Shown here piece after piece: positions 13,010 through 27,696 of a stretch of 64,000 nucleotides of DNA. The number at the start of each line of letters is the position of its first letter. Position 1 is the first letter of the stretch. Source of the stretch: Rhizodiscina lignyota (lineage: Eukaryota). The stretch spans positions 496,001 through 560,000 of the forward strand of contig ML978127.1 in NCBI GenBank assembly GCA_010015805.1, in the 5' to 3' direction. The translations under genes and the position numbers were made by a program. Below the pieces are notes generated by a model. That model made no database searches. It worked only from the letters and a program-made list of their open reading frames with translations, and was not told the DNA's origin.

Positions 13010-14046
13010 AGGTTTGTCACCCTGCATTCTGTGTAAGTTATGATTTAGGTTCGTGGTTGACATTGCAAAGCCCAACCTCACACTGCCGCTGAATACCATT
13101 CGTCTCCGACGACCCCCGCTGACTCCACAGATGTGCACCTCTCCAACCACTCATCAGATGCAGGTGCCTCACCGTCGTCTGAAACAGAGTATAATGTGCA
13201 CTGAAGTTCCAAACACAAGCAAGGACCCAAAGAACTGTCCTCTGCTACAACTCTAGGCCTCCGATTCGCTTAACAATCGACACAACTGGAATTAGAAGCC
13301 AACTGTCTGCTATGACATCTTCAGCTCTACGATCTGACATTTCGACAATCTCCTCCATCATATCCGTCGTCACCCTGACAACACCGGCATGAGGGCTTGG
13401 GTGATACACATTGCATTTCACACAAGGTTCGCTCCTTCAGTCTCTGCCTTCGGGCTGAGTACAGCATCTCCCTTGCTCTGGAGTTAAAAAAAAAGGAAAG
13501 GTTGTCGGAAGTCCTCAGAAACGGCCGCTGCTAATGACTTTCTACTTCGCTGCCTATTTTCTCTGCGATACTTTAACATTCATTCCAATGGGTTTCCCTT
13601 ATATGAATTGTGCTCTTCATAAGCTCTTTGTTATGAAATATTGGTTAACGGTTATTGCATGCTTATCTTTTCGTCGTGTTTCCTTGTCGACTTGCACGAG
13701 CGCTCTTGGAGGACAATCTTTTTCAATGGCGAACCTTGGGCCGTAAAAAGGAGGCTGAGCTGTACTCGTTCCTGAAGATTTGAAGAGCCATCTCAAAAGT
13801 CTAGGGGGTTTGCACTTAGCCTTAGAGCTTAATATAGTTTCATAGGGGGCTTCTTCAACGGCAAGATGTTGTTCAAGCAGCTCAAGCTTATCTCATTTGT
13901 ATCACTCATGGCACAGTATGTTTCAGTTTCAACCTTGAATCGAGTGAACGAATGTGAATTTGCTAGTACTGCCAAGGGGTATCATCTTTAGCGGCAAATG
14001 ACTGAAGACCTCAGCGCCGAGACGAGCGCCGCCGATATGTACAAAC

Positions 14047-14106
14047 GAAGCCAGAAGTATATAAAGCCAGAAGTATATGAAGCCAGAAGTAAGTACATGA
14101 AGCCAG
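14047..14106. repeat. Minisatellite, about 3.5 copies of RAAGCCAGAAGTATAT
   Basis: Units start at 14047, 14063, 14079 (20-nt variant) and 14099 (partial). Confidence 0.9.
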
Positions 14107-14220
14107 GTATTGCTTTTCCACTCCTCGTAGCGAACCACGTTTCGTGATTCTGCTCTGCAGCAATTGAGCTACTACCCCATGCATATAACTGTCGAACCGC
14201 TTCGGACGAGTTCTGAGAGT

Positions 14221-17108
14221 TCAACTTCTTCTCATGACGTCAACATCGCGTTGCAAGCGAAGAAGCTTCTGCTCCTGGAACTCGGTCTCGTTGTGGGCTT
14301 TTCCAATCTCCTCCTCGACCTCCTTCATCTTATCGTCCACTTCACCGCTCCACGCCTCCAGTGGTGCAAGTCTCGAGGTGGACAGGCTTTCGAGGCTCCC
14401 CTTGATCGAGTTATGCTTGGCTTGAAGATCAGAAACATTCACATTCAATGCCACAAGCTTCTCGATCGCCTCGTCAACCTTCTTGACACCTGTCTCGACC
14501 TCGCGGATGCGTTGTTCCATCCCCTCGACCGCATCTTTGCAAGCCGCAGCAACTTCCTGCGCCTTCTCGGCTTTGCTTTCAGCCGTGCGTGCGTGCATGT
14601 CTGTTGCCATGAGGTTACCACGAAAAATAGGCATCTCCTCCTTCAGCTGCCTGATCTCTCCAATGGCATCCTTCGCGAACGGGAACATGACTTGCATCTG
14701 ATTGACCATGCGCTTTGCCATGTCGTCTGTACTGATGTTGTCGTAACGCTGCTCCAGGCTTCGCACTGAGGTGGCATTGACCCGACTCTGCCCCACAAGA
14801 TGTTGCACAGTTTGGTCCAAGTTATGTACATGCTGCTGCATGTTTAAGATATGATTCTGCAAGTTGGAAAGCTGCGGTGGAGGTACTGTCACATTTGAGG
14901 AATGGATAGGCGCATTCGAAGGTAGGACATGTGCATTCGTAGGCAAACTCGGCGTCCTTTGCTGCTGGATGTGTCCATTCACTTGGTGAACGGGTGGCTG
15001 CTGAACATTGCCATTCTGTGGTTGCTGATTGCTTAGAGTACTCGTAGTAGGAGAAATTGTCGGTGAGTTGGTCTGCTGCTGAGAAAGGATCCTCGAAGTC
15101 TTCTGGAGAACGTCCGCAGTCAATTTTTCCATTTGTTCCACCTTTCTGTTGGTGCCAGCAACCGCTGTGTTGAGCTCGTTAATGGGCCCATGCACCTGGG
15201 TTCGATGGGCTTCCACCGTTGTCCGAACTTCATTGATAAGATCGCTCACGCGCTTCTCAAGCTCGGTCATCTCTTTCGTGACAATCTCATCCTTGTCCAG
15301 CTGCTCGTCGTCTAACCTGCTGAAATCATTTCGTAATATGGCTACTTTCTCGGCAAGATCTTGTAGCTCTTTTGTTGATGTGTTGCTAGGTATACTTGGA
15401 CCTGACTGTTTGACAGCATCTAAAGAAGTGATGCGTTCCTCCAGAGATTTATGTTGGGAGATAATAGGCTGAATATCGGTCTTTAAAGCGTCCAGCTGCC
15501 TGTTGCTTGCTCGAATGCTGTCTTCCGCACATTCAACGTCTGCGGCAGTATTGTTCATAAATTCTTGCATTTTTGCCAGGCGTGCAGCGGTACTCTCCTG
15601 CCAATTCTGTTGACCTTGCACGACACTTAAGAGACCGGCTTCAGTATCGTCGGGCGCGCCGTCAATACGACGCTTGATATCTTCACAATCTGCTTTGAGG
15701 TCCTCGAAAGCTTTGCTGTCTGGGGCCTTTTCAATCTTCATCTGTAGGGTGCTCAAGCTCTTAGACAGTTCTGTCACCTTCCTGTCGAGATCGCTGTCGT
15801 CCCTGGCCCTTGGGCCAGCTACGGGTGATGAGCCCCGTCTCGATGTACTTCGAACTTCTGCTTCTCGGCTTCGCTCGAGCCTTCTCTTCATCCGCGAAAT
15901 GTCGTCTTTCACGATTTCGTAGTCCTCGTTTAGAGATCTAACATCTTTACTGATCAGTTTCCGAAGCTCCTCGGACTCTTTCTGAAACTGATCATGACTC
16001 TTCCGAAGCTCCTCATGCTTCCTGTCGAGCGTCCCGACGGTTCCTTCTATGATGCCCATGTCCCCGGATAAGCGATTGAAGGAGCTTGGTAACGTCTTGA
16101 AGTCATCTATAAAGTCCGCTAGCGATTTCCCTCCAGTAGCATTTTCTAGAGTATGGAGATCTTTCGTAGCACTTTCCATGCCCTTTATTTGATTTCTTAG
16201 CTCGCGATTCTCCCGTTCTTGAGCATCAAGTCGTTCGGTAAGTTTGGTGATTTGAAGCTGAACATCGCTTTCAACTTGGTTGGTGTTCTCCCCCTGCCGG
16301 GGCAATACGACATGAGAAATGCGCGTTGCAAATGTCTTGATATCCTTGTAATATTTGTCGACGGCCTTGTTGGCATTCTCCAGCTCGTTGGTTGCACGGC
16401 TGAGCTTTATCCGAGCTTGCGACGAAGACTCGGTCCAGGTTGGATCCAGTCTCTTTTCGCTTATAAGTGCTTTCTCATAAGCTTGCTTCGAGTCACTATG
16501 CTCTCTCTTCCTTTGCTCCCAAATAGTAGCCTCGACGGTTTTCGACTGAAGCTCCATGAGAAGATGTGCAACATCACTACTAGATCCCTGAGCTATGCTT
16601 GATGCTGGAGATGCAGGCGTCGAGAATTCGCTAAGGGTAGGAAGAGCTTTTGTTACAGCACTCAGAGGGCCACTGGCAGAGTTTGTCACAGAGCCTGAGC
16701 AGTGTTAGTGTCACGATCTACCACTCTCATGAAGAAATCATGATTACACCTACCTTTCCGTTCAACTGTCCGGGTGTTTGGCGTGGAAGCGGAAGATCCA
16801 CTGTCGACAGGTCTAGGTGATGAACTGACGTTCGTGTTCACGTGAATATCTTGACGGAGCTTTTTGGCGCCAGCTTCTTTCTCCCTTGGCGTGTCTTTCG
16901 AAAGCGAGGTGGGCTTGGGGGTGTCACGCTTTCCATGTTGCCCGTCGGCAGCTGCTCCTTTCACACGTTTTGATCCAGGGGGGGCTGGGCTGGTCCTGCT
17001 GCCGCCTCGCTTCCTGGGATCCATGCTGGATCCCGAAGAAGCTGGGGGAGAGATGTCTCTGTACCGCGAAACCTTCGGCCACTTGCGATTTCGTCCTGCT
17101 GGATCCAT
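14221..17108 (-). CDS. Large coiled-coil protein of unknown function
   Basis: Exon 1 17108-16754 (MDPAGRNRK, basic), intron 16753-16695 (GTAGGT..CTAAC..CAG), exon 2 16694-14221, which is heptad-rich with a Q/N/P-rich linker. Confidence 0.85.
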
Positions 17109-17862
17109 GTCAGAAGGTTGAGAAGTGTTGTAGAGAATTGGATAAAGGAAAAGGTTTATTATATGTTGCAGGGGAAGCTGGAGCCTGGAGCATAGTGAAA
17201 GCAGTAGTGTTGTGTTACTTCGGAAAGCATGCTTCCCATGCAACTTTCCGAGGTGTGTGAAGAGGAGCAGTTCGTAACCATGGGGACGGGAGCACTTACC
17301 GTCTCGAAAGGGAGTCTCTTCTGCAAGGTAGAAATGTGACTGTGGGGGTAGCACGAGCTTTTATAAAGCCCAATCAAGTGCCGTCTCGCGGCAAGAGAGT
17401 GAAGCAGCAGAGCACGCGAGGTTGCCGATGGGAAAATGTGACAGGTCGCGTTGGACGCGCAGCGCGTGTTGGGCAGGATCCCGTTTGCTAGCTCGACAGA
17501 TGGCAGCAGCCACGGCCGCTCCTTCCCTCTCCTCATACATCGCTTGCAGATCTGGCGCGGCGGAAGAGGCAGCGGTGAGAGCGATTCCCACACTCTCGTG
17601 CAGTCAATTAGGCGGCGAAACAAAGCGTGCCGCGGTTTTTGGCGGTGCAGCTCGCTTTAAGTACTTCCTCCTCATGCACGCTAATCAGTTGGAGCATGCT
17701 GCCATTGGTGCGCTAAGCGCCAGCGAAGCACATGTCCGGTATTCTTCACACAGCCCGCCAATGATATTCCCTCCTAAGCGCGCAACATGCAAGGGAGAAG
17801 CTCGCACCGCGCTTTTTATCCATCTTCTCCAACGCTGCTAGTCCCCAACAACGCCTGCAAAC

Positions 17863-19445
<1,583 letters not shown>

Positions 19446-19650
19446 GCTTTTGAATGTCAGCGCAGGCGTTGGGTGCTACATCGGGCGTTTTAGATACGGT
19501 ACTGGTATAAGAAAAGCAAGCCTTCGTATGTACGATAGATCCGCTTAGAAGGCACAGGGTGGCATTACTGTTAAATGCAACCCATACCATTGTACTCTGG
19601 AATGCTACTGTATGTTTTGATACCTTCGCTACGAGTACTATGCAGGGGAC

Positions 19651-21051
19651 TCAATCGTCCTCATCCATCAATTCTGCAAGTTCCCTTTCCTCTTCTTCTG
19701 TCAGCATAGACGTTGAGATGGCTTCCTCGACCTGAGCGTTCCCTAGCTCCTGCGCTTTCGTTTCCTCTCGCGCTTTCTTCAGGTCATCTGGCTTCAGACT
19801 CCATTTCCTGATGGTTGCATCTATCGACACCGTGACAACTGTTCGGCCAACGAGCAGCAAGCCCGTGACTTCCTCGAAATGCCCACTGAACGTGTGGAAT
19901 AGCTTTCCACTCTGCAGAGAATCAGGCTGCAAGTTCCATATCCCAAATACAGAGCAAGAACGGGAGGAAGACAACATACCGCTCTCTCCCATAGCCTGAC
20001 CTCCTCATCACGGCAAGCTGTCACAATCCAACCGCCATCCTCATCAATGGCGATATCCCTTACAAAATCTGGATGCACTAGCTCCGTATCTGCTGCCCAC
20101 CCGCGCTCACGAACGAGGCATTTCGCCGTCTTGTCAGCCGACGCCGTCCACATGTCCCCATCTGCATCGAAGCGCAGTGCATAGACGCTCGTCTCATGTG
20201 CAACAAGCGGTTGGCATTCCGTCTCTGCAGACAAATCATTGTTGCCAGAAACATCTACTTCGCTGGCGCTGGCACCAGTGAGCCGCCAGCGCCGAATCTC
20301 GCGACTGCTATCCGCGCTGAAGATTGAGACCCCTTCAGCAGACGTAGACAGCGGGTCTAACGTCAGGGCCTGTACGCCACGCCCATGCTCTTTCAGCACG
20401 TGAAGCTTCTCTCCCTTCTGCGCATCCCACACTGTTATGGCGGCATCTGCGCCGCCAGAGATGAGGAGCTCCTTGTTGGCGAGCGGAACGTATAGCAGCG
20501 CTTTTACGAAGTCTGTATGTCCGGCACTGAATATGCGGTCTGGTCTGATAGGTGAGACAGAGGACGACGAGATGGGCCACGAGTATATCGTCTTATCCCA
20601 GCATCCGCCGAAGACGTGCGTTTGCGAGACGGCAAGACATGTTACGGGGGCATTGGGCCCGGCATATGTTGCTGTGATCTCACCCGACTGATCGCGAGGC
20701 TCGTATCAGCATGCTTTCGTCCGGTGTCTATTACGCTTTTCCCGACCGCAAAGCGACAGAGCCTTGGGACATCTTACACACTTCAAGTGCTACATTCTCT
20801 ATTATTCCGCCTGCCTGTGCGACATACACGCGCCCGCCATCGTGAGGGTCTGAAGCACAGGCGAGGATCTTGGAACGGAGCTTGATCGGATTGCCGTGAG
20901 TGTTCTTCGATTTCGTTGCCTTGCGCTCGGATATGTTGATTGCGTTGCTTTTTTTTGGAAGCAGAGGTTAGAATCGGCGTCGCACAGTCAAAAATGGGAA
21001 TGTGTCTCACGTCGTCTGAAAGAAATGACGGGGGTCTGTCGCCTTGGACAT
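19651..21051 (-). CDS. WD40-repeat protein
   Basis: Spliced gene starting MSKATDPRHFFQT. Repeats include GHTDFVK..ISGGADAAITVWD, AHETSVY..TASADKTA and GHFEEVT..SIDATIRKW. Ends in the acidic EEEERELAELMDEDD. Confidence 0.9.
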
Positions 21052-21362
21052 TTTGGGCGCTTTTGATCGCGATCGTGACGTCGCGTGGTGGTGGGGGAAA
21101 AGGAGCGAGACGCGTGCTGCACGAAATTTTAGTGCGAGCGCGTCTAAGGTCTCCCGGTCTCGGAGATACTTCCGCACGCGCCAGGAACAGGATAGGTTTC
21201 TAGGAATCAAGGCATAGAAAATATTGGTCCCGCTCGCCGCTGCCAATCAATATCACGCATTGACCTTCAATTTCCTATCCAGCATGCTGAACTTGAAGAC
21301 CTGAATTCCTAAGCGCCACATCCAATCCTTTACCATGAATGGGACGGATACAGGCGTCCCGC

Positions 21363-22088
21363 TCAGAAGACGCCAGGAATGAACCTCTTTGTCTGGCGGT
21401 TGTACTCTTCCCACGTCTTTCCGAAACTCGCCTTTAACATCCTCTCCTCATCGCGAACCCTAACATAGAACATTCCCATAATCGCGATCGAACCGCCGAC
21501 CATCATGTAAGGCTGTACCATTATCAGCGGCTGGAGCAAGCTTGGTGGGATCCAGCAGGCGGCAAGGCCGTCGAATCGCACGTGGATCCACAGCATCGCA
21601 TTCATGAGAATGGCAAGTGCGGTATAACTCGGATGCTGCATGTACGCGTGCACGCCAGTCGTGACCAGGCGATCGGGCTCGCGTAGCATGAAGGTGAAGT
21701 TGGTTCCGAGATTCCTGAATGCCGCGATGCGAATAGGGGCTGCGATGAAGATGGCCAGAAAGAGGGCGGTGGCGAGGAAAGGGCTCCAGGTGAACAGCTC
21801 CGGGTTCGAGATCCGTGCGAAACCGCTCTGAGGGCAGATAAGCCTTGGGGGACTGGGATACGCGTAAATGACTATCGCATAGTAGAGTCCGGTCGTCGCA
21901 TGCGACAGTGCTGCGAGTTGGTATATGCCACCATGTATTGGTCTGCCAATATGATCCTTGACAGTCCCTCTGGCAGGTTCGGCGGCAGTTCCTTGAGGGG
22001 GAGCTGAGCAGATGGACCATAAAACATTTATTGCAAACACAGCAAGGCCGAGAACAATTCTAGAAAGCGGCGATGCCATGAAACCCAT
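21363..22088 (-). CDS. Isoprenylcysteine carboxyl methyltransferase (ICMT/PEMT)-like membrane protein
   Basis: Hydrophobic ORF with LGTNFT..RLVTTGVHAYMQHPSY and RVRDEERML..FGKTWEEY..RFIP motifs. Confidence 0.88.
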   Translation of the reverse strand: MGFMASPLSRIVLGLAVFAINVLWSICSAPPQGTAAEPARGTVKDHIGRPIHGGIYQLAALSHATTGLYYAIVIYAYPSPPRLICPQSGFARISNPELFTWSPFLATALFLAIFIAAPIRIAAFRNLGTNFTFMLREPDRLVTTGVHAYMQHPSYTALAILMNAMLWIHVRFDGLAACWIPPSLLQPLIMVQPYMMVGGSIAIMGMFYVRVRDEERMLKASFGKTWEEYNRQTKRFIPGVF

Positions 22089-24451
22089 TGTGACGATCCT
22101 GACAAGGCCGAGTTTGAGATATGAGCCGCAAGACACATGTAGAGCAGGGCTTTGTACCGTCGAAAAAGGCGTGGACTCTTCAGTTAAAACGAATTATTCA
22201 GGAATCCTCCGAATGAAGAGTCAAGAGATATTGTGTTTTAGCTAGCGCGAAATTCATGGAAGTGGTGTTAAAATCCTTTTGCTGCCTGTACAATGCGCTC
22301 AGCCTTGTGACGGATGCCTAAATATGCAATAGTGGATTCTGAGACTCGAATGAAGAATTGCACCTACAATTGGCCACAGCTACTTAGGCAGCAAAATGAA
22401 TTCGTCGCTGAACTTTGAAGGTTTGCATGGCCCTTTGTGAGTTTGTTCACCGCCTGTGAAGGATTGGATACGCGCTTGGCGGTCTGCTCTCATTGCAGTC
22501 GTGCGTGTACGGTACATATACACGCCCTCAACTAACTCTACGCTGCTCTCGTTGAGAGTTGGTCCGCATTAATCTCGCATTGCACTTAAAATTTGATGTT
22601 AATGATAGTTAGCCTATATAAGCTCGATACGCTCAGAAATCCAGGTGCTTTGCAACAGTAGGGTATGCACATTTTGGATAGGTTTCAAGACTCGCCAAAA
22701 GCGATCTCCATTCCGCAAGCAAGACAAGCAATGTCCATCATGTGAGCTGACCTCAGAGCACTACGAAGGAAGGGATTGAGATATGTCCATCTGCGTCATC
22801 GAGACCGCAAGATATGGAAGATTTCGAAAGATCCGTCATGCCTGTCAAGTAAAATGATGATAGACAAAAGGACGAGTCAAGCCGTTCGGCACCGAATAGC
22901 GCGGGGTGACAGAGGCGTTACACTGCTGCACGTTGCAATTTTCTCCGAGCGTGCCAGCGCCGATCGGCTTTATGACCAAGGAGGATTCCAATCCCTTCTG
23001 AAAGAGTGAGGACCGTGAGATATCGGCTGATAGCCCTATACGATATCAGGGACTTACGCTCAAGCGGGATCGACCATGCGTGTGAGGGACGATCAGGTAG
23101 TAGACCCTGTTTACATAACACATTTCATGAGAGTATCGGTCCGAGGATGAAGACTTGGTATGGATTGCTCGCTCCCGTTCTGCGACGGTCGCGAAATTCG
23201 TCGAAAGCTTCACAAGTCACTATGAACGACCGTTAACGTTGTGGCGTCTGGGGAAAGAGTTAGTAGGGGGTAACGAGGCGTCGGTCACCTGGCCACGTTC
23301 TAGAGACTTGAGCGAAAAATCAATATTTCGATCGGCTCAGGGTGTCATCACCAGCGCAGGGCTTCATAAGCCTTCTGCCCTTCGCCGAGAGCATTTTCGG
23401 TGTTACCAGCATGTTTCAGTGGGTGAAACTGCGGGCTGGGATATTTCGAGCTGTCCACCGAACCGCTGCTGATCGCATTAGAAAAGCAGTGTGCGGGGTC
23501 TGGCAGATGTGTGGTACCTGAACGCCTCGTCATCATCCGTACCAGACTTATATATCGAAAGTCAGTGCAGGTCACAATAAGGGAAGGCGTAAAGTGACTC
23601 AGTCAGGGGCAGGGTCATCCGGAAGTAATTCCTGACAGAAGAGCCTCTCTGCCGCGGCTGGTACCTGACAGGATCGCGAAATCAGGTCTGGTGATCTACT
23701 GGTTCGTGTATCCCATGCACTGTCGATCTCAACGCCGTGGGAGACACACGAAACACTGGGTTTGGGATGAGCAAGACGAGAGGATTGCGCAAAGCAGACC
23801 GCGTCGAGAGAGATCAAGTTGCTTTCAGCGGCTGAGTGGAGGGCGCGGGAAGGAGTGGCTTTGTCGCGGACTTCCCAGGACAGCGCTGGGATTGGCTTGT
23901 GCACGCGCGAAGGGTTGAAGCTTGCACTCTCCCGTGCACGACTTGTGGAATTTTCTACGTCACTGCCTTAAAATTAGTCTCGTCGTTCCCGCCTGGAAAT
24001 CGATCGATGATCGATTACTGTATGACTTTCGCTGCCGCTGTTCTTCAACTGCCTCCTTGCCCCCTCTGCAAGCCTCGCTGCTCCCTCACACCTCTCCTGT
24101 TACTTCAAAAATCCACTGCCCTGCACACTTTCGGGGCCCTGCAGTACCCTCGACACTAGACCGGAGCTCCCGTAAGACACCTGGCACACCTGGCACATCA
24201 GCCTATCTGCCCACGAGTTCGGAGCCCGGCGGATATCGTTTACAGACACACATTTCCTGATTCGTCCTCTCCCCAAGTCAAAAGGCCACGCTTAGGGTAC
24301 GGAGTAGCCCCGTCCAAGGCCGCGTGGAAACCCAGCACACAACCCGACAAGTCATCAGGTGAGCATTTTTCTTCTGTCTGGACACTTCTGATAAATCCGG
24401 CGCGGCTGCTCGAAGGGCAAACTGTACGAAATTTGTCTATCGTCTTGCAAG

Positions 24452-25561
24452 ATGCTGACCAGCTTTTTCGCACAGCACGATTTACATTCGAAAGCTTGCG
24501 GCGGTCTGGTCAACTTTCTCGGGACCCACTGGATGAGCTCGGCCTTAAGCTCAACACCGGAAAGGCATGAGACAATGCCTTCTTCAGCAACAGGGCCGGG
24601 GCAGCGGCCCGAGATCCAAAGGTTACGGAGCAATTCAGTTCCAATCGCTGTCAGTCTAATGGACTGCACTGCAGAGGAGGCTGGCCTCCTATTCTCTGCT
24701 GCCGAGCGAGCATCTGCTCGACGCCGAAAGCATTTATCAGTCGATCATACTCACTTGTCCCCGCAAACGAGTGAAGAGCGTATACAAGCTTTTCCCACGA
24801 CAGTGTTCGAGGACACTACCGAAGATGATATCGAAATCGAAACCCCGTCAACAGAAGACCCAACGACCCCCAGGCCAAGTTCTGAGGAAATACCACTGCA
24901 GGCTTCTCCAGAAGTGAAAGCATACAACCAAGATATGGTACGATTCATCCAGGGGAGGCTGCATTCAATGGCGTTAAGCTATTGCGAACCTCCACCTACA
25001 CCCAAGACATCAGTACGCGACGAGCCAGAAGAGTATGACTTCAGTCCAGTACGGCCACAGCGGCCACAGCTAAAAAGCCACTTCTCGAATTGGAGCACGA
25101 CTAGCGCCGGTTCTGATGGGCCCGAAGTGCTAGTGGATCTTGCCTCCTCACCACCACCTGCGACTGACGATTCAGTGGACCCAGGCGACAAGGAAATCGA
25201 GCGTGGCTACGCCCACATCGTTCCAATTCGAAGACGTGCGGACATGGAAAAGCCTTCTCCAAGCTACTTCTCGTGGCCCGTTCGTCCGCCAAAACCCGCT
25301 CATGCCTCCATCAACTTTGAGACTCCCCTGTCGTCTGAACTTCGTTCCAGTAACTCATGCTCTAAGGAGGGAACTCCACCCCTCATTGATCTTGATACGA
25401 GCCAACCGGATGTCAGCCGAGCAAGTCGCGGAGATTTCTTCTTTAACCTTTCGGCCCCTAGAGAGCGTCATTTGACTCCATCACCTGATCCAAGGGGTCT
25501 AACTGGTCCTCCTCTCCACATGGGCCAGCACCTACCATCTCCACGGCCAATCCGATGCTAA
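24452..25561 (+). CDS. Hypothetical S/P/E-rich, probably disordered protein
   Basis: 369-codon intronless ORF with coding-like composition and no recognised domain. Start is uncertain. Confidence 0.65.
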   Translation: MLTSFFAQHDLHSKACGGLVNFLGTHWMSSALSSTPERHETMPSSATGPGQRPEIQRLRSNSVPIAVSLMDCTAEEAGLLFSAAERASARRRKHLSVDHTHLSPQTSEERIQAFPTTVFEDTTEDDIEIETPSTEDPTTPRPSSEEIPLQASPEVKAYNQDMVRFIQGRLHSMALSYCEPPPTPKTSVRDEPEEYDFSPVRPQRPQLKSHFSNWSTTSAGSDGPEVLVDLASSPPPATDDSVDPGDKEIERGYAHIVPIRRRADMEKPSPSYFSWPVRPPKPAHASINFETPLSSELRSSNSCSKEGTPPLIDLDTSQPDVSRASRGDFFFNLSAPRERHLTPSPDPRGLTGPPLHMGQHLPSPRPIRC

Positions 25562-27696
25562 ATGGATGCCGTACACCCTCCAAAATGTTCCCTCTTTCAA
25601 CGTATTCGCGTATCTGTCGATCCTGCATGGTGCCTTGCATATCGACAACAACCTATCTTAACATCTCCACGAGATGAGTCCACTACGAAGAGACTGCTTA
25701 CTGCTCGAAACACTACGCTTACTCTACCGCATCTAATCTCTAAACATCTACGACATGAGGAACACTTTCGCTTCTTCACGTTTGCATAACATTGCAACTA
25801 TTCCTTTGGACGAACACGAACACGACTTTACGCTATTTGATTCCTTCCAGCGTTGCAGCATTGTACACGGGCGGGCAAAATTGGCGTCTTTCCTTTGTTA
25901 GGGCTTCTCCTGGGATTTAAAAGAGGGATTCAAGCCTCACGGCTGTCGTCAGGAGTCGCAGGCTCGAATCCTGCCGTCCGGCTTGGGACATTAGGGTCTG
26001 TTTAGATAATGTGCATTGGATGATACCCACGCCTATTGCGACATGGCAACAGGAAAGACACTTGGTTCTTGTATATACAGAAGAGGCAGCTTGAGCGGCG
26101 GCCGCTCTCGGAATCACGGAAACATGGACATCAAAAGCTTTTTGCTCCTTCTTAAATGTTTGAAACGTGAAACAAATCGCCGATGATTCTCGATTGGACA
26201 TGTTTCGCGGATCCCCAAGGTGATGTCTGTTTTGTCAGCGTCAGACGCTTATGCCACGAGAGGACATACATGGAGGCTTCGCGGCCTTCATGCGCGCTCA
26301 AGTTCCTACGGATGGCGAAGCGTAAATGCGGATCGACAGGATATTAACATGTTGCCGTAGCGCCGCAAGTATTTGAGATACTTTGATACTTCGCCCGGTT
26401 CTCCGGTGTCTTCGTCGTAAAGGCCACGCAACACAGGAACATTGTCCGCACGGGCCCTTAGGCCTTGAACACTGTATCTATCGCTTTGCTCGCATTCACG
26501 CCGAATGTGCGGACGCTATGTGAAGCAACCTCATTCCGCCATCCTCTCCGCCGTAGCATAGTGCACCTGGCGGGGCGGGAGCAGGTATGCGTATGCATGT
26601 GCCTCAGGACGCGTACCGCCTGTCATGTAAGTATATCGCTGGCAGAATCAGGAAGTGCACATAAGCCCGCACGTTTGATGAATCTCGGTCCAAAGTAAGA
26701 TCGGATTTCGTAGATGGGTGTTTAGTCGTTCCGGTAGCGTCGCTGCTACCGTTGCTTAGGATTGCTTGGTAACGGGAGGCCGCGTCATGCCAACGCCGTC
26801 CGAGTGGTTGTCAGACCAACAGCCGACGACTCGTGGGATAAGTAAAATGATTAGATGCGAGATAACCTCGGCATGCCGAGGACTAAAGAGATCGGATCAA
26901 CAAGGCATCGAGTGGGAGCGGGCCGGTGACACTCTGCGCGTGTCCCTGTTCCGGAGCAAGAGGGACTGCGAAACAAACAACAGCCTCTTTGTCGTCTCGA
27001 AACATGCAAATATAGATGGGCAGAGCTTGCCTGATTTCGGTTAGCGATCAGTCAAGCTCTTCGGCGGAAAGCTTGCTTACCCACACCTGCCTTCCGGCGA
27101 GCAGCATGGACTTCCGTTTCAAAACATCCAACGTTAACGTACGGCGTGTCCTCGCTCTCAAACCGAACTATATTTGTCACGATGCCGGTAAGTCACACCG
27201 CAGCCCGCGACTCCCATTCGACACAAGGCGAGCCCGTTCCCAGGAGGACAAAGAATGAGTGGAAGCGCCCCTTGTCCGCTGCCAGCCCCCGCACTCCGCC
27301 GCGTGCTCGAGCTGAAGTCGTGGACGAATCTCACGAAGCGCCGGATGGCGGCGTTCGAGAGCGTAGCCGCAAATTAGGCACAACACAGATGCGAATCTCG
27401 AATTGGCCACGGCGCGAGCCCTAGGAGGTGAGGTCAACGTGCATTGTGGCGCGTCTCGTTTGGCATCGAAGTGATACAAAAAGGGTCCTTGTCGACTCCC
27501 ATTTCGACCCCTTCCGTACCAGAAGCAACAATAAGCCTTTCTCGCGGCACCTGCGAACAGTCAGACCTTTAATAGCTGTCCCTTTCCCCTCCTTCGCTCC
27601 TCCATTCCTGTCTTCAATCCGCGCAATTCCTCTCATTACTGTCTCATTCGCGCTCAGGTGCTGCACCTCTCCCATACCCACCACACAACCGCAACG

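Noticed and set aside
20688..20781. Possible second stwintron in the WD40 gene (GTGT followed by GTAAGA)
   Set aside because: The donor GTGTGT is acceptable and in the right phase, and I see no convincing second branch/acceptor set, so it is an ordinary intron.
26732..26751. Inverted repeat CGGTAGC-N6-GCTACCG upstream of the cupredoxin
   Set aside because: A single 7-bp inverted repeat is expected by chance in 64 kb.
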